Notes: generated from the sequence alone by a model not told the origin. A stretch of 64,000 bases of DNA from Brevibacterium sp. (GCA_030457025.1 JAKDSA010000001.1:37886-101885), one strand, 5' to 3'. Positions 50,210-64,000 are shown, numbered from the stretch's first letter. Translations and numbers: made by a program.

Positions 50210-51348
50210 GCCCGTTCCCAGGTGAGTTCTCGGAAGACGAAGGATTGACCCGGTCCGACCTCAAAGCCAAGAAGCACCGTCGGATGCTGCGCAGGCGCCG
50301 GACGACAGCCATCGTCGTCATCTGCGTTCTCGTCTTCGGCATCGGCGGGTTCTTCGGCGTCAGAGCCGCGGGCGGAGTCTTCGAGGATCTGTTCGGCCCC
50401 AAGGGCGACTACGAAGGCGCCGGCACCAGCGAGGTCTCCGTGAAGATCCCGCCGGGGGCATCGGCTCGCTCCGTGGCCAACCAGCTGGTCGAGGCCGGTG
50501 TGATCATGAACTCCGAACCATTCCTCGACGAGATCGAACGTCGCGACGTCACAATCCAGGCCGGACCGCTCATCCTGCGGGAGAAGATGAGCTCCAAGGC
50601 TGCAGTCGACGCGATCGTCGATCCGATCAAGCCTCCCAAGATCACGATTGCCGAGGGGCGAAAGATCGATCAGATCAAGGCCAAGATGGTCCAGTCGGGG
50701 ATGAAGGCCGAAGAGGTCGACAAGGCCATCGATGACAAGACTCCGAAGGACTACGGTCTCGACGTCGATACCCCCAGCCTCGAAGGGTATCTGTATCCGG
50801 CCACCTATAACCTCAACAAGGACAAGACCGCCGAGGACATCGTGTCCCAGATGGTCGACAAAACGAAGCAGGAGATCGACAAGGCCGGCATCGAACTCGA
50901 TGACGCCAATCGCATCATGACCTTGGCCAGCCTCGTCGAAATCGAATCTCCCGGTGACGAAGCGGTGCGGAAGAAGGTGGCACGAGTCTTCCTCAACCGC
51001 ATTTCGGAAGAATCGAAGACCGGCAAACTGCTCCAGTCCGATGCGACCGTGGCCTACATCCACGGTGCCCGCAGCGATCTGACAACGACGAAGAAGGAAC
51101 GCGAGTCAGACAGCCCATACAACACGTACAAGAAGAAGGGGCTGCCCCCAGGACCGATCAATTCTCCCAGCTCCGGTGCCGTTGAGGCCGCACTGAACCC
51201 GACCAAGGGCGACTGGCAGTTCTTCGTGGCCACGAACCCGGACACAGGCGAGACCAAGTTCGCCACGACCTACAAGGAACATCAGAAGAACGTCGAGATC
51301 TATCGGAAGTGGCTCAAACAGCACGGAGAGGACAACGGCGGCAAATGA
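50206..51348 (+). CDS. mltG: Endolytic transglycosylase MltG
   Basis: TM anchor, LEGYLYPATY, ASLVEIE, LQSDAT, SPYNTY, GLPPGPINSP. Confidence 0.93.
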   Translation: MSPFPGEFSEDEGLTRSDLKAKKHRRMLRRRRTTAIVVICVLVFGIGGFFGVRAAGGVFEDLFGPKGDYEGAGTSEVSVKIPPGASARSVANQLVEAGVIMNSEPFLDEIERRDVTIQAGPLILREKMSSKAAVDAIVDPIKPPKITIAEGRKIDQIKAKMVQSGMKAEEVDKAIDDKTPKDYGLDVDTPSLEGYLYPATYNLNKDKTAEDIVSQMVDKTKQEIDKAGIELDDANRIMTLASLVEIESPGDEAVRKKVARVFLNRISEESKTGKLLQSDATVAYIHGARSDLTTTKKERESDSPYNTYKKKGLPPGPINSPSSGAVEAALNPTKGDWQFFVATNPDTGETKFATTYKEHQKNVEIYRKWLKQHGEDNGGK

Positions 51349-52301
51349 CGATCTTCGCTGCGGTGCTCGGTCGACCGATCACCCACTCCAAGTCGCCGCT
51401 GCTCCACCGTGCGGCGTTTCGGGCGCTGGGCCTCGACGACAGCGAATACGGCAGCTTCGATCTGGGTGCCGACGAGCTCGAATCCTTCCTGGCAGCTCAT
51501 GGGAATCAGACCGGATTCTCACTGACGATGCCATTGAAGGAACGGCTCGTCGAACTTGCCGACACCCACGGATGGGACCTTGATGACACGGCCGGACTGA
51601 CCGGAGTGGCCAACACCCTTGTCCGCAGGAACGGGGCAACGGCGGTCGCCAACACCGACGTGCAGGGAATCGTGCGCGCCTTGGCCCCGGTACTCAGCAC
51701 CTGTCGGGAGGCAGCTGTCACCGCTGCGGCAACGGCCACGGCCGTCGACCTCGGTGCCAACGCAGTCGCGAACACCGCCGAGCGCGACGGTGCCGACCGG
51801 GCGACCATCCTCGGAGCCGGGGCGACCGCAGCCTCGGCACTGCTGGCCTGCCGTGATTTGGGCATCAGCACGGTCGAATTCCTCGTCAGAGATCCCGATC
51901 GTGCCCGCCGGGTCCTCACTCTCAGCCGGCGACTCGGGATATCGGCGACCACCGCACCCCTGAGACTGATCGCACCCTGTGCCCTCGTCATCTCGACGCT
52001 GCCCGCCGAAGCGGTTCCCGAGCTGCAGTGGTCTCCCGACTTTCGCGGCGGAGTGGCTCTCGACGTGGCCTATGCCACCGAGTCCGGCTTCCTGCGCGCC
52101 GCGCAGTCACGTGGACTCATTCCCGTCGAGGGCACCGTGATGCTTGTCGAACAAGCTGTAACACAGTCGGAGATGTTCATCGCGGCTGCCGGTGACCGGC
52201 CGGGTGGGGCAGACCTTCCCGTGGGCCAGGACCTTCGCGTCGCCATCGCGGACGCCATGTATCGAGCGCTCGAGGAACACACCGCCTCGGCGCAGGACTG
52301 A
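51345..52301 (+). CDS. aroE: Shikimate dehydrogenase
   Basis: LGRPITHSKSPLLH, SLTMPLK, ANT, NTD, ILGAGATA. Confidence 0.9.
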   Translation: MTIFAAVLGRPITHSKSPLLHRAAFRALGLDDSEYGSFDLGADELESFLAAHGNQTGFSLTMPLKERLVELADTHGWDLDDTAGLTGVANTLVRRNGATAVANTDVQGIVRALAPVLSTCREAAVTAAATATAVDLGANAVANTAERDGADRATILGAGATAASALLACRDLGISTVEFLVRDPDRARRVLTLSRRLGISATTAPLRLIAPCALVISTLPAEAVPELQWSPDFRGGVALDVAYATESGFLRAAQSRGLIPVEGTVMLVEQAVTQSEMFIAAAGDRPGGADLPVGQDLRVAIADAMYRALEEHTASAQD

Positions 52302-52319
52302 CGAGGAGAGCGCGGCGCG

Positions 52320-53099
52320 GTGGACACAGACGTTCTGCACGGACTGCTCATCGGGCTGTCGATCCTGATCAGCGCCGCTGCGGGGCTGATCCTGGCGCGC
52401 ACCGTCGCAGCATGGCTCGCCGACGACGCCCAGCTCGAGCTCATCTCGCGAGTGCGTCCTGTCCGAGGACCGTGGCTGGTGATCGCGGGCATCTGCATCG
52501 CTGCCGCCGCAGCGTTGCTCTTTCCCTCAGGCCAGGTGATTCCCGTCGACACGGGATTCACCGCCTATGCGCCCTTGAGCGGAACAACCTTCGACCCCAC
52601 CGCGCCCAATCCGGCCGATATCATCCTGTTGGCTCTGGTCCTCGGCGTCGTCGCCGCAGCCACGCCGTTCCTCATCGTCGTCGACATCCACGTCCACCGT
52701 CTGCCCGACCGCCTCGTCTACCCGCTCATCTCCGTCTGCCTGCTCACCATGGTGCTCGGTTCGCTGATCGGGGAGTCGAGGATCTGGTTCATCGGCCTCA
52801 TCGCAGGCCTTGGCGCGGCAGCGGTCTTCGGCCTCGTCCACCTCATCGGCAGGCTCATGCGCATGCGCACCATGGGCCTCGGCGACGTCAAGCTCGCCTT
52901 CGTCGTCTTCTCCACTGCAGGTCTGTTCGACCTCTGGGCTCCGGGGCTGGCATTCATCGTCATCATGTTCATCGCCGGGATCTGGGCGCTCATCGCCGCC
53001 GCCGTGAAACGCAGTCTGAAGGCGACGACGATCGCATTCGGACCTGCGATGCTTTCCGGCATGTGGGTCGGGTCGGTGGTTTCCCCATTCCTTTTGTAG
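52320..53099 (+). CDS. A24 family (prepilin) peptidase-like membrane protein
   Basis: VDIHVHRLPD, MGLGDVKL, IAFGPAM; between aroE and aroC. Confidence 0.82.
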   Translation: MDTDVLHGLLIGLSILISAAAGLILARTVAAWLADDAQLELISRVRPVRGPWLVIAGICIAAAAALLFPSGQVIPVDTGFTAYAPLSGTTFDPTAPNPADIILLALVLGVVAAATPFLIVVDIHVHRLPDRLVYPLISVCLLTMVLGSLIGESRIWFIGLIAGLGAAAVFGLVHLIGRLMRMRTMGLGDVKLAFVVFSTAGLFDLWAPGLAFIVIMFIAGIWALIAAAVKRSLKATTIAFGPAMLSGMWVGSVVSPFLL

Positions 53100-53109
53100 A
53101 ATCGGTTGA

Positions 53110-54315
53110 ATGTTGAGATGGCTGACTGCAGGCGAATCCCACGGCGAAGCGCTGACCGGGATCATTGAAGGGCTCCCCGCCCACGTTCCGATCACCAAGG
53201 AAGACATCCGCGCGAGCTTGGCTCGACGCAGATTGGGCTACGGCCGCGGAGCACGAATGAAGTTCGAAGCCGACGAGGTACGCCTCCTCGGCGGAGTGCG
53301 ACACGGCCAGACTCTGGGATCACCGGTGGCCGTTGAAGTCGGCAACACGGAATGGCCCAAATGGGAGACCGTGATGAGTGCGGACCCGATCGACGAGGAC
53401 GAACTCGCCGGTCAGGCCCGCAACGCTCCACTGACCCGCCCACGACCCGGGCATGCCGACATCGTCGGAATGCAGAAGTACGCCTTCGATGAGGCGCGAC
53501 CGATCCTCGAACGTGCTTCCGCGCGCGAAACGGCGATGCGTGTCGCCCTGGGCACCATTGCCGCGAATTTCCTGGCCGAGCTCGGCATCACCCTCGTCGC
53601 ACACACCGTAGCGATCGGCTCTGCCGAGAACGTCGCCGATTCCGCGACCGAACCTTCCCTGCCACTGGCCTCGGACGTGGACGCACTCGATGCTGATCCG
53701 GTGCGCTGCTTCGACCCTGATCTCTCCGCCCGCATGGTCGCTGAGATCGATGCGGCCAAGAAGGCCGGTGACACACTCGGCGGAGTCGTTGAGGTCCTCG
53801 CCTACGATCTGCCGCCGGGGCTGGGCTCGCACGTCCACTGGGACCGTCGGCTCGACTCCCGACTCGCCGGAGCCCTGATGGGCATTCAGGCGATCAAGGG
53901 GGTCGAGGTCGGCGACGGTTTCCTGACCACGAAGCGTCCGGGCTCGGCTGCTCACGACGAGATCGCTGTCGGAGACGACGGCTTCCGACGTGTGAGCAAT
54001 CGGGCCGGCGGCACCGAGGGCGGAATGTCCACGGGCGGCCCGCTGCGTGTCCGGGCAGGCATGAAGCCCATCGCCACGGTTCCCCGCGCCCTGGCAACCG
54101 TCGACGTCGCCACCGGTGAAGCCGCGAAAGCCAACCACCAGCGCTCTGACGTGTGCGCGGTGCCGGCATCCGGCGTCGTGGCCGAGGCGATGGTCGCACT
54201 CGTCCTCGCCGAGGCAGTGGTGGAGAAGTTCGGCGGGGACTCTGTGACCGAGACCAAACGGAACGTGGATGCCTATGTGGCCGCCATTCCGGAGAACCTC
54301 CGCATCGGCCGATGA
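53110..54315 (+). CDS. aroC: Chorismate synthase
   Basis: [48 protein letters not shown]. Confidence 0.97.
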   Translation: MLRWLTAGESHGEALTGIIEGLPAHVPITKEDIRASLARRRLGYGRGARMKFEADEVRLLGGVRHGQTLGSPVAVEVGNTEWPKWETVMSADPIDEDELAGQARNAPLTRPRPGHADIVGMQKYAFDEARPILERASARETAMRVALGTIAANFLAELGITLVAHTVAIGSAENVADSATEPSLPLASDVDALDADPVRCFDPDLSARMVAEIDAAKKAGDTLGGVVEVLAYDLPPGLGSHVHWDRRLDSRLAGALMGIQAIKGVEVGDGFLTTKRPGSAAHDEIAVGDDGFRRVSNRAGGTEGGMSTGGPLRVRAGMKPIATVPRALATVDVATGEAAKANHQRSDVCAVPASGVVAEAMVALVLAEAVVEKFGGDSVTETKRNVDAYVAAIPENLRIGR

Positions 54316-54935
54316 CACAGCGCCCGCACCCGAAACCGGTTCCGCCGTTGGAACCGGTCCCTGCAGCGCAGTCGCGCATCGTCCTGACCGGACCGCCCGC
54401 CGCCGGCAAATCCACGATCGGTCGTCTGCTGGCCGACCGACTCGACCTGCCGCTCATCGACACGGATGCGAACATCGTCGCCAAATACGGCGTCATCGCC
54501 GACATCTTCGTCGAACGCGGTGAGGACCATTTCCGTCGGATCGAACGCGAGGTGGTCCGGCGTGCCCTGCGTCATCTGCTCGACCGCCCCGGGATCGTCT
54601 CCCTGGGCGGGGGAGCGATCCTCAATCCGGGTACCCGAGCCCAACTGGGTCATCCCGCGATCAAGGTCGTGCACATCGACATCGACATCGGCACCGTCAC
54701 GACGCGGTTGAACTCACCCCACAGACCGCTGCTGCGCGGTGCCGGAACACCGCTGGAGAACTGGCAGGCACTCGTGAACGAACGAGACCCGCTCTACGAT
54801 CAGGTCGCCACCTTCCGCGTCCACGCATCGAATTCGCATCCATCGACCGTCGTCAACCGGGTCGTCGACGTCCTCACCGGCCTGCAGCGAGCCGAGGAGT
54901 ATGCCAAGTACTCCGGCCACGAATCAGAGAGTTAG
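54312..54935 (+). CDS. aroK: Shikimate kinase
   Basis: [34 protein letters not shown]. Confidence 0.93.
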   Translation: MTQRPHPKPVPPLEPVPAAQSRIVLTGPPAAGKSTIGRLLADRLDLPLIDTDANIVAKYGVIADIFVERGEDHFRRIEREVVRRALRHLLDRPGIVSLGGGAILNPGTRAQLGHPAIKVVHIDIDIGTVTTRLNSPHRPLLRGAGTPLENWQALVNERDPLYDQVATFRVHASNSHPSTVVNRVVDVLTGLQRAEEYAKYSGHESES

Positions 54936-55015
54936 GCTTGAGGGCGCAACAGGTTCGTAAGTTCAGCCGCCGCGGCCATGACATGCCCGGAGGCAGCAAA
55001 GGGGAAAGTGCACGA

Positions 55016-56131
55016 ATGAGTCTCACACGCATCAACGTCGAAGCCGGCGGAAACTACCCGGTTCTCGTGGGGCAGGGGCTCCTGGGCGAACTTCCCGAAC
55101 TCCTCGGCCCGCGGGCCGAGAAGGTGCTCGTCATCCATCCTCGAGCTCTGCGGACCACAGGGGAGACGGTCCGTGACGATCTGCGCGCAACCGGTCTCGA
55201 CGCGATCGTGGCCGAGATCCCAGATGCCGAGGAAGCCAAGCATGTGCAGGTCGCCGCGTTCTGCTGGCAGGTGCTCGGACAGAGTGATTTCACCCGCACC
55301 GATGCCATCATCACAGTCGGCGGGGGAGCCGTCTCCGACCTCGGCGGCTTCGTCGCGGCCACCTGGCTGCGCGGCATCTCCGTCATCCACATTCCCACCA
55401 CAGTCCTGGGGATGGTCGATGCGGCCATCGGGGGCAAGACCGGTATCAACACCGCAGAGGGCAAGAACCTCGTCGGTTCCTTCCACGCCCCGTCGGGCGT
55501 CCTCGTCGACCTCGACACTCTGCAGACGCTGCCGGAGAACGAGCTCTTCACAGGCCTCGCCGAGGTGGTCAAGACCGGCTTCATCGCCGATCCCAACATC
55601 CTCGACCTCGTGAGCAGACACTCGAAGGCTGAGATCGCCGAGGTGGATGGCCCCGTCCTGCGTGAGCTCATCGAACGTGCCATTGCAGTCAAGGCCGACG
55701 TCGTCGCCGATGACTTCAAGGAGTCCGGACGCCGCGAGATCCTCAACTACGGCCACACGCTGGCTCACGCCATCGAACACAAAGAGCGTTATCAATGGCG
55801 CCACGGCGCTGCGGTGTCCGTGGGCATGGTCTTCGCCGCCGAGGTGGCGGCGATGGTCAAGAGTCTGCCACCCGAGACCGTCGACCTTCACCGTGAGCTG
55901 CTGACCAAACTGGGTCTGCCCATCACCTATCGTGCCGATGTCTGGCCGCAGCTGCTGGAGACGATGAAGCGGGACAAGAAGGCGCGCGGCTCCATGCTGC
56001 GCATGGTTCTGCTCAGCGAAGTGGGCGCACCGGCGACAGTGGAGATCCCTGACGTGTCGATCCTGCATACCGCATATCAGGAGATCGGGGAGGATTCGCC
56101 GCGGGTTATGCTCGGCACCGACCTGGTCTGA
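55016..56131 (+). CDS. aroB: 3-dehydroquinate synthase
   Basis: GGGAVSDLGGF, PTTVLGMVDAAIGGKTGIN, LNYGHTLAHAIE, HGAAV, RDKK. Confidence 0.96.
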   Translation: MSLTRINVEAGGNYPVLVGQGLLGELPELLGPRAEKVLVIHPRALRTTGETVRDDLRATGLDAIVAEIPDAEEAKHVQVAAFCWQVLGQSDFTRTDAIITVGGGAVSDLGGFVAATWLRGISVIHIPTTVLGMVDAAIGGKTGINTAEGKNLVGSFHAPSGVLVDLDTLQTLPENELFTGLAEVVKTGFIADPNILDLVSRHSKAEIAEVDGPVLRELIERAIAVKADVVADDFKESGRREILNYGHTLAHAIEHKERYQWRHGAAVSVGMVFAAEVAAMVKSLPPETVDLHRELLTKLGLPITYRADVWPQLLETMKRDKKARGSMLRMVLLSEVGAPATVEIPDVSILHTAYQEIGEDSPRVMLGTDLV

Positions 56132-56254
56132 GGTCCGAGATGGCAGCACTCGCAGGAGCTTGCTAGAATTGCTGTTTGGCGAAACTGCCAGATCATGCCA
56201 GACACACCCAATCACCTCGCGGTGGTCACGACTGACACGAAGAAGGACGGATTA

Positions 56255-56815
56255 GTGGCTTCAACCAACGACCTGAAGAACGGCCTTGTGCTCAATATCG
56301 ACAAGCAGCTGTGGCAGGTGCTGGAGTTCCAGCACGTCAAACCCGGCAAGGGACCGGCCTTCGTCCGCACGAAGCTCAAGAACGTGCTCTCCGGCAAGAT
56401 CATCGACAAGACCTTCAACGCCGGAACCAAGGTCGAGACAGCCAACGTCGACCGTCGCGAAATGCAGTACCTCTACCATGACGGCACCGACTACGTCTTC
56501 ATGGACGCCGAGGACTACGACCAGGTCGCACTCTCGCCAGAGCTCGTCGGTGATGCCGCCAACTACATGCTCGAGAACCAGAATCTCCAGGTCTCCTTCC
56601 ACGAGGGCACAGCGCTCTCCGTGGAGATGCCTCTCTCGGTCGAACTTGTGATCACCCACACCGAGCCTGGCCTGCAGGGCGACCGGTCGACCGGTGGATC
56701 GAAGCCGGCGACGCTCGAGACCGGCTACGACATCCAGGTGCCGCTGTTCCTCGAAGAGGGAACCAAGGTCAAGGTCGATACCCGCACAGGCGACTACCTG
56801 GGTCGCGTCAAGTAA
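56255..56815 (+). CDS. efp: Elongation factor P
   Basis: [31 protein letters not shown]; start GTG 56255. Confidence 0.97.
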   Translation: MASTNDLKNGLVLNIDKQLWQVLEFQHVKPGKGPAFVRTKLKNVLSGKIIDKTFNAGTKVETANVDRREMQYLYHDGTDYVFMDAEDYDQVALSPELVGDAANYMLENQNLQVSFHEGTALSVEMPLSVELVITHTEPGLQGDRSTGGSKPATLETGYDIQVPLFLEEGTKVKVDTRTGDYLGRVK

Positions 56816-57223
56816 GTGTCAGCACGCACGCGGGCCCGCCGCCGGGCCCTGGAACTGATGTTCGAGGCAGGTCAGCGTCGCCTCGACACCGAGCAGGTCG
56901 TGACCATGCGGTCCAACGACCCCGACTACCCGATGAAGGCCTACGCGGTGGAGATCGTCGAAGGAATCACGAGTCATCGTGACGAGATCGACGAGGTCAT
57001 CGCCACCTACGCACAGGGCTGGACCCTGGAGCGGATGCCGGCCGTCGACCTGGCGCTGCTTCAGATCGGGACCTGGGAGATTCTCTTCAACGACGAGGTG
57101 CCCGACAAGGCCGCGATCGACGAAGCCGTCTCCCTGGCCAAGCAGTTCTCGACGGATGACTCACCAGGTTTCATCTCGGGACTGCTCTCCCGTGTCCTGG
57201 ACGTCAAGCCGACTCTGATCTGA
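56816..57223 (+). CDS. nusB: Transcription antitermination factor NusB
   Basis: [36 protein letters not shown]. Confidence 0.95.
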   Translation: MSARTRARRRALELMFEAGQRRLDTEQVVTMRSNDPDYPMKAYAVEIVEGITSHRDEIDEVIATYAQGWTLERMPAVDLALLQIGTWEILFNDEVPDKAAIDEAVSLAKQFSTDDSPGFISGLLSRVLDVKPTLI

Positions 57224-57242
57224 GGCACCAGTCTGATCTGAG
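57214..57242 (+). repeat. 11-bp direct repeat echoing the nusB stop codon
   Basis: TCTGATCTGAG at 57214-57224 and 57232-57242. Confidence 0.7.
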
Positions 57243-57244
57243 TC

Positions 57245-57269
57245 CGCGGGTCCGGAACCCGGACCCGCG
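57245..57269 (+). terminator. Hairpin after nusB
   Basis: 11-bp stem CGCGGGTCCGG-AAC-CCGGACCCGCG. Confidence 0.7.
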
Positions 57270-57311
57270 AACCGACCTCATTTCTCAGAGGTCTACAATC
57301 GAATCGAACCA

Positions 57312-57347
57312 CTCCTTTAACCACCGTCCGGAGAGGCGGAGAAGGGG
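57312..57347 (+). promoter_or_regulatory. PyrR-binding leader hairpin overlapping the pyrR Shine-Dalgarno
   Basis: CCTTTAA...GTCCGGAGAGGC matches PyrR site motifs; CTCCTT can pair with AAGGGG; -10 TACAAT at 57294-57299. Confidence 0.85.
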
Positions 57348-57351
57348 AAGC

Positions 57352-57903
57352 ATGACACAGCGAACAGTGCTCGATGCCCCAGATATGAAACGGGCAATGA
57401 CCCGTATCGCCCACGAGATCATCGAATCCAATAAGGGCAGCGACGATCTGGTCCTCTTAGGGATCCCGCGCCGTGGTGTTCCCCTGGCCACCCGACTGGC
57501 AGAGCAGATCGCCTCGATCTCCGCACAACCGGAGATGGCGCGCGAACTCGTCGGAAGCCTCGACATCACGATGTACCGTGATGATCTGCGCAGCGGCGCC
57601 TACCGTGCCCCGGAGCCCACCACGATCCCCGCCGCTGGCATCGACGCCAAGACCGTCGTCCTCGTCGACGATGTGCTCTTCTCCGGTCGCACGATCCGAG
57701 CTGCTCTCGACGCGCTCTCCGATCTGGGCCGTCCCGCTCAGGTGCGTCTCGCCGTCCTCGTCGACCGCGGCCACCGCGACCTGCCGATCCGCGCCGATCA
57801 CGTTGGGAAGAACCTCCCCACCTCCAGCAGCGAACGCGTCAACGTGTCCTTGGCAGAGATCGACGGCGAAGACGGCGTCACCATTTCGGGAGGACGCGAA
57901 TGA
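57352..57903 (+). CDS. pyrR: Pyrimidine regulator/UPRTase PyrR
   Basis: [36 protein letters not shown]. Confidence 0.97.
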   Translation: MTQRTVLDAPDMKRAMTRIAHEIIESNKGSDDLVLLGIPRRGVPLATRLAEQIASISAQPEMARELVGSLDITMYRDDLRSGAYRAPEPTTIPAAGIDAKTVVLVDDVLFSGRTIRAALDALSDLGRPAQVRLAVLVDRGHRDLPIRADHVGKNLPTSSSERVNVSLAEIDGEDGVTISGGRE

Positions 57904-58880
57904 AGCACCTCCTCGACACCCTCTCGCTCAGCCGTGAGGAAGCCATCTCGATCCTCGACATCGCCGAGGAGATGACCCAGGTCTCCGAACGTGAGGTCAA
58001 GAAGCTGCCCGTCCTGCGCGGACGAACCGTGGTCAACCTGTTCTTCGAGGACTCGACGCGGACCCGGCTGTCATTCGAAGCAGCCGCCAAACGACTCTCG
58101 GCCGACGTCCTCAACTTCTCCGCCAAGGGCTCGTCAGTGTCCAAGGGCGAGAGCCTGCAGGACACCATCGAGACGATCTCAGCCATGGGCGCCGACGCAC
58201 TCGTCGTCCGCCACCCGGGCTCGGGCACCCCGCATCGCCTCGCCCACAGCGGTTGGATCGACGTTCCCGTCGTCAACGCCGGCGATGGCACCCACGAGCA
58301 TCCCACACAGGCTCTGCTCGACGCCTTCACCCTGCGCCGCGCACTTGGCGGATTCTCCGCCTCGGGCGCTGTCAAGGACGGCCCCCGCGGGCGTGGGCTC
58401 GACGGCGCCAAGGTCGCCATCGTCGGTGACGTCCTGCATTCTCGAGTGGCCCGTTCCAATGTCCATCTGCTGGCCCGCCTCGGCGCCGAAGTCCACCTCG
58501 TCGCCCCACCGACTCTTCTGCCCTGGGGCGTCGAGACCTGGCCGGTGACTCTGCACTACGACCTCGATGAGGCGCTGCACAGCGAAGACTATGCGGCCGT
58601 GATGATGCTGCGCGTCCAGCACGAGCGGATGCACGAATCGTTCTTCCCCAACGAGCGCGAATACGCACGCCTGTGGGGGCTGTCCGCGGCCCGCCTGGCC
58701 GGGTTGCCGGAGGAGACTTTCATCATGCACCCCGGGCCGATGAACCGCGGCTTTGAGATCTCAGCGGCAGCAGCCGACTCACCGCGCGCCCTCATCCTCG
58801 ACCAGGTCGAGAACGGAGTGAGCGTGCGAATGGCGGTCCTGTACCGCCTCTTGACAGGCCAGGAGGAGACCAATGACTGA
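57900..58880 (+). CDS. pyrB: Aspartate carbamoyltransferase catalytic subunit
   Basis: [28 protein letters not shown]. Confidence 0.97.
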   Translation: MKHLLDTLSLSREEAISILDIAEEMTQVSEREVKKLPVLRGRTVVNLFFEDSTRTRLSFEAAAKRLSADVLNFSAKGSSVSKGESLQDTIETISAMGADALVVRHPGSGTPHRLAHSGWIDVPVVNAGDGTHEHPTQALLDAFTLRRALGGFSASGAVKDGPRGRGLDGAKVAIVGDVLHSRVARSNVHLLARLGAEVHLVAPPTLLPWGVETWPVTLHYDLDEALHSEDYAAVMMLRVQHERMHESFFPNEREYARLWGLSAARLAGLPEETFIMHPGPMNRGFEISAAAADSPRALILDQVENGVSVRMAVLYRLLTGQEETND

Positions 58881-60192
58881 TTATCTGATCCGCGGCGCCA
58901 ACGTGCTGGGCCAGGGAATCGCCGATATTGCGATCAAGGACTCGACGATCGTCGACCCCGATCTGCTCAACCCCGATGACGGCGATGTGGAAGTCGTCAC
59001 CGCGAACGGGCGCATCGCCCTGCCCGGGCTCGTCGACATGCACACGCACCTGCGGGAACCCGGAAAAGAGGATGCGGAGACGATCCTGAGCGGATCACGC
59101 GCGGCCGCCTCGGGCGGGTTCACCTGCGTTCATGCGATGGCGAACACGGCTCCGGTCGCGGACACGGCGGGCGTCGTCGAACAGGTCCACCGCCTCGGCC
59201 GCACCGCCGGCTATACCGAAGTCGTGCCCATCGGAGCCGTGACCATCGGACTGGAGGGCAAGAACCTCGCCGAGATCGGAGCCATGGCCCGCTCGGCTGC
59301 GCGAGTCCGGATCTTCTCCGATGACGGAATCTGCGTATCGGACCCGCTGCTCATGCGCCGGGCCCTCGAATACGTCAAGACCTTCGACGGGGTCATCGCC
59401 CAGCATGCTCAGGAACCGCGCCTGACCGAGGGCGCGCAGATGAACGAGGGCGTCGTCTCCGCCGAACTGGGGCTGCCCGGCTGGCCCGCGGTCGCCGAGG
59501 AGTCGATCATCGCTCGCGACGTTCTTCTGGCCGAACATGTGGGCTCTCGTCTCCACATCTGCCACGTGTCCACGAAGGGCAGCGTCGACATCATCCGGTG
59601 GGCGAAGTCCCGCGGAGTCGAGATCACCGCCGAGGTCACCCCACATCACCTCATGCTCACCGACGAACTGGTCCGCAGCTTCGACCCCGTGTACAAGGTC
59701 AATCCGCCATTGCGCACCGAAGCCGACGTCACTGCACTGCGCGAAGCCCTGGCCGACGGCACGATCGATGTGATCGGCACCGACCACGCCCCACACACCG
59801 CCGAGCACAAATGCAGCGAATGGACGGCTGCGGCCATGGGCATGGTGGGGATGGAGACCGCTCTGCCCATCGTCGTCGAAGCGATGCGCGACTTCGACTT
59901 CGACTACGGCGACCTCGCCCGAGTCATGTCCGCCACCCCGGCCCGGATCACCGGAGCATCGGGACACGGCAGCCTCGAGATCGGTGCGAGCGCGAACATC
60001 GTCCTCATCGATCCGGACTCGAACCACACGATCGTGGCCGAGGACCACGCCACGAAGGGGCGCAACAATCCCTTCGCCGGCCTCGAGGTCTCCACGTCGA
60101 TCACCGACACCTTCTTCTACGGCCACCGGGTCCTCTCCGGTGGCACACTGAGCACGCCCCACCCGGCAGGAGCATCATGGACAGACCAGTAA
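58873..60192 (+). CDS. pyrC: Dihydroorotase
   Basis: [23 protein letters not shown]. Confidence 0.95.
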   Translation: MTDYLIRGANVLGQGIADIAIKDSTIVDPDLLNPDDGDVEVVTANGRIALPGLVDMHTHLREPGKEDAETILSGSRAAASGGFTCVHAMANTAPVADTAGVVEQVHRLGRTAGYTEVVPIGAVTIGLEGKNLAEIGAMARSAARVRIFSDDGICVSDPLLMRRALEYVKTFDGVIAQHAQEPRLTEGAQMNEGVVSAELGLPGWPAVAEESIIARDVLLAEHVGSRLHICHVSTKGSVDIIRWAKSRGVEITAEVTPHHLMLTDELVRSFDPVYKVNPPLRTEADVTALREALADGTIDVIGTDHAPHTAEHKCSEWTAAAMGMVGMETALPIVVEAMRDFDFDYGDLARVMSATPARITGASGHGSLEIGASANIVLIDPDSNHTIVAEDHATKGRNNPFAGLEVSTSITDTFFYGHRVLSGGTLSTPHPAGASWTDQ

Positions 60193-60671
60193 GCGTCATC
60201 ATCATCGCAATCGTCTTCCTCCTCCTGATCCTCGCGATCACCTGGGGCTGGAGCCGACGAAAGAAGACCCAGACCGAGATGCCGCAGCCGGCGAAGGTCC
60301 ATATGGGAATCAAACCCGTATCGGAGCCCGTCGAAGGCTCCTATGTGTCGACGACACTGGCCGGGCACCCCCTTGAACGAGTCGCCGTCCACGGTCTCGG
60401 CATCCGCACCACGGGAGAGATCGTCATCACCGACGGGGGAGTCATCATGGACCTGGCGGGACGTGAGGACTTCCTCATCCCCAGGCGCGATATCGTCTCG
60501 GTCGACACCACCGCCGGCATGATCGGCAAATTCGTCGAACGAGGCGGCATCGTGCGCATCACCTGGCGACTGGGGGAGACCCTCGTCGACACCGGTTTCC
60601 GCTCCCGCTATGCCGCCAACACAACACCCACCGTCGCCCGCATCCGCGAAATGATCGAAGAGGCACAATGA
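60177..60671 (+). CDS. Conserved actinobacterial membrane protein of the pyr operon (Rv1382-like)
   Basis: N-terminal TM then YVSTT...[10 protein letters not shown]...GKFVERGG...W...DTGFR; between pyrC and carA. Confidence 0.78.
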   Translation: MDRPVSVIIIAIVFLLLILAITWGWSRRKKTQTEMPQPAKVHMGIKPVSEPVEGSYVSTTLAGHPLERVAVHGLGIRTTGEIVITDGGVIMDLAGREDFLIPRRDIVSVDTTAGMIGKFVERGGIVRITWRLGETLVDTGFRSRYAANTTPTVARIREMIEEAQ

Positions 60672-61819
60672 GACTGTCCACCACACCCGCCGTCCTCGTC
60701 CTCGAAGACGGCCGCACCTTCCGCGGTTCCGCCTACGGAGCCATCGGCGAGACCTTGGGCGAAGCGGTCTTCGTCACCGCGATGTCGGGCTACCAGGAGA
60801 CCCTGACCGACCCGTCCTACCACCGTCAGATCGTGATCCAGACCGCGCCGCACATCGGCAATACCGGCATCACCGACGATGATGACGAATCGGCGAAGAT
60901 CTGGGTCGCCGGCTACGTCGTCCGCGACGCCTCCCGCATGTCCTCGAACTGGCGTTCCATCGGAGACCTGTCCACCCGCCTCGAGGAATCGGGCATCGTG
61001 GGCATCAGCGACGTCGACACCCGCGCCCTGACACTGCACCTGCGCGAAGCAGGAGCCATGCGCATGGGCATCTTCTCCGGTCCTGCCGCCGAAGCCCGCG
61101 ATGAGGAACTGCTGGCCAAGGTCCAGGGCTCACCCCACATGGCCGGTGCGAAACTGGCCGAAGAGGTCTCGATCACCGAACCCAAGCTCATCCCCGCAGT
61201 GGGCGAGAAGAAGTTCAGCGTCGCGGCCCTTGACTTGGGCATCAAGTCGATGACCCCCGAACGGCTGAGCGAACGCGGCATCGACGTGCACCTTCTGCCA
61301 GCGACGACGGAATTCGAGGAGCTCCAGGCATTGGGAGTCGACGGAGTGTTCTTCTCCAACGGTCCCGGCGACCCCGCAACCGCCGATGCGCAGGTCGAAC
61401 TCCTCCGCAAGGTCCTTGGTGCGAAGATTCCGTTCTTCGGAATCTGCTTCGGCAATCAGCTGCTCGGGCGGGCGCTGGGCTTCGGCACGTACAAGCTGCC
61501 CTTCGGCCACCGCGGCATCAACGTCCCGGTCATGGACCGCACCACCGACAAGGTGGAGATCACCTCGCAGAACCACGGCTTCGCCGTCGATGCGCCCCTG
61601 GACGGTGAGACTCAGGCACCGCACGACGCCAGCTTCGGTCGCGTCACCGTCTCCCACGTGTGCCTCAACGATGACGTGGTCGAAGGCCTCCAATGCCTCG
61701 ACATCCCCGCATTCTCCGTCCAGTTCCACCCGGAGGCCGCCGCCGGTCCCCACGATTCGAGCTATCTGTTCGATCGCTTCATCGACCTCATGTCCGCTGC
61801 CCCGGTCGCACAGGCCTAA
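60668..61819 (+). CDS. carA: Carbamoyl-phosphate synthase small subunit
   Basis: [36 protein letters not shown]. Confidence 0.97.
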   Translation: MRLSTTPAVLVLEDGRTFRGSAYGAIGETLGEAVFVTAMSGYQETLTDPSYHRQIVIQTAPHIGNTGITDDDDESAKIWVAGYVVRDASRMSSNWRSIGDLSTRLEESGIVGISDVDTRALTLHLREAGAMRMGIFSGPAAEARDEELLAKVQGSPHMAGAKLAEEVSITEPKLIPAVGEKKFSVAALDLGIKSMTPERLSERGIDVHLLPATTEFEELQALGVDGVFFSNGPGDPATADAQVELLRKVLGAKIPFFGICFGNQLLGRALGFGTYKLPFGHRGINVPVMDRTTDKVEITSQNHGFAVDAPLDGETQAPHDASFGRVTVSHVCLNDDVVEGLQCLDIPAFSVQFHPEAAAGPHDSSYLFDRFIDLMSAAPVAQA

Positions 61820-61828
61820 GGAGAACCC

Positions 61829-64000
<2,172 letters not shown>

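Noticed and set aside
56131-56254. Absence of dehydroquinase and Xaa-Pro peptidase genes between aroB and efp (and of apt before rel)
   Set aside because: Gene order varies at these positions among actinobacteria; loss cannot be inferred from one window

Overview
High-GC actinobacterial chromosome segment (Micrococcales-type gene order; Brevibacterium-like by inference), almost all core genes and mostly on the + strand: holA (partial), rpsT, lepA-hemW, hrcA-dnaJ-rsmE-phoH-ybeY-hlyC/corC-era, zapE, a Gly-Cys-Val-Val tRNA cluster, thrS-HIT, yebC-ruvCAB-yajC-secDF-rel, hisS, aspS-rarA, rpsD, alaS-ruvX-mltG-aroE-prepilin peptidase-aroCKB, efp-nusB and pyrR-pyrB-pyrC-carA-carB (partial). I found no transposase, integrase, prophage gene, rRNA or CRISPR array. 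Recognisable regulatory sites are a CIRCE before hrcA, a PyrR-binding hairpin, a candidate LexA box before ruvA and paired DnaA boxes. The best leads are: (1) an antitoxin-less PemK/MazF-fold gene abutting an EEP-family phosphatase/nuclease; (2) an orphan AbiEi-like gene preceded by phased DnaA boxes and convergent with rel; (3) an accessory block (Kef antiporter, NUDIX, orphan ABC-2 exporter) between rarA and rpsD; (4) a recurring short duplication that echoes stop codons; (5) two membrane proteins sharing a Q/Y/G-rich low-complexity motif; (6) a near-identical tRNA-Val CAC/GAC pair; (7) a prepilin peptidase carrying a cytochrome-oxidase-like loop motif. All family calls come from motif recognition by eye, not database searches. 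Start codons were adjusted from the ORF track where RBS, promoter or overlap evidence supported it.
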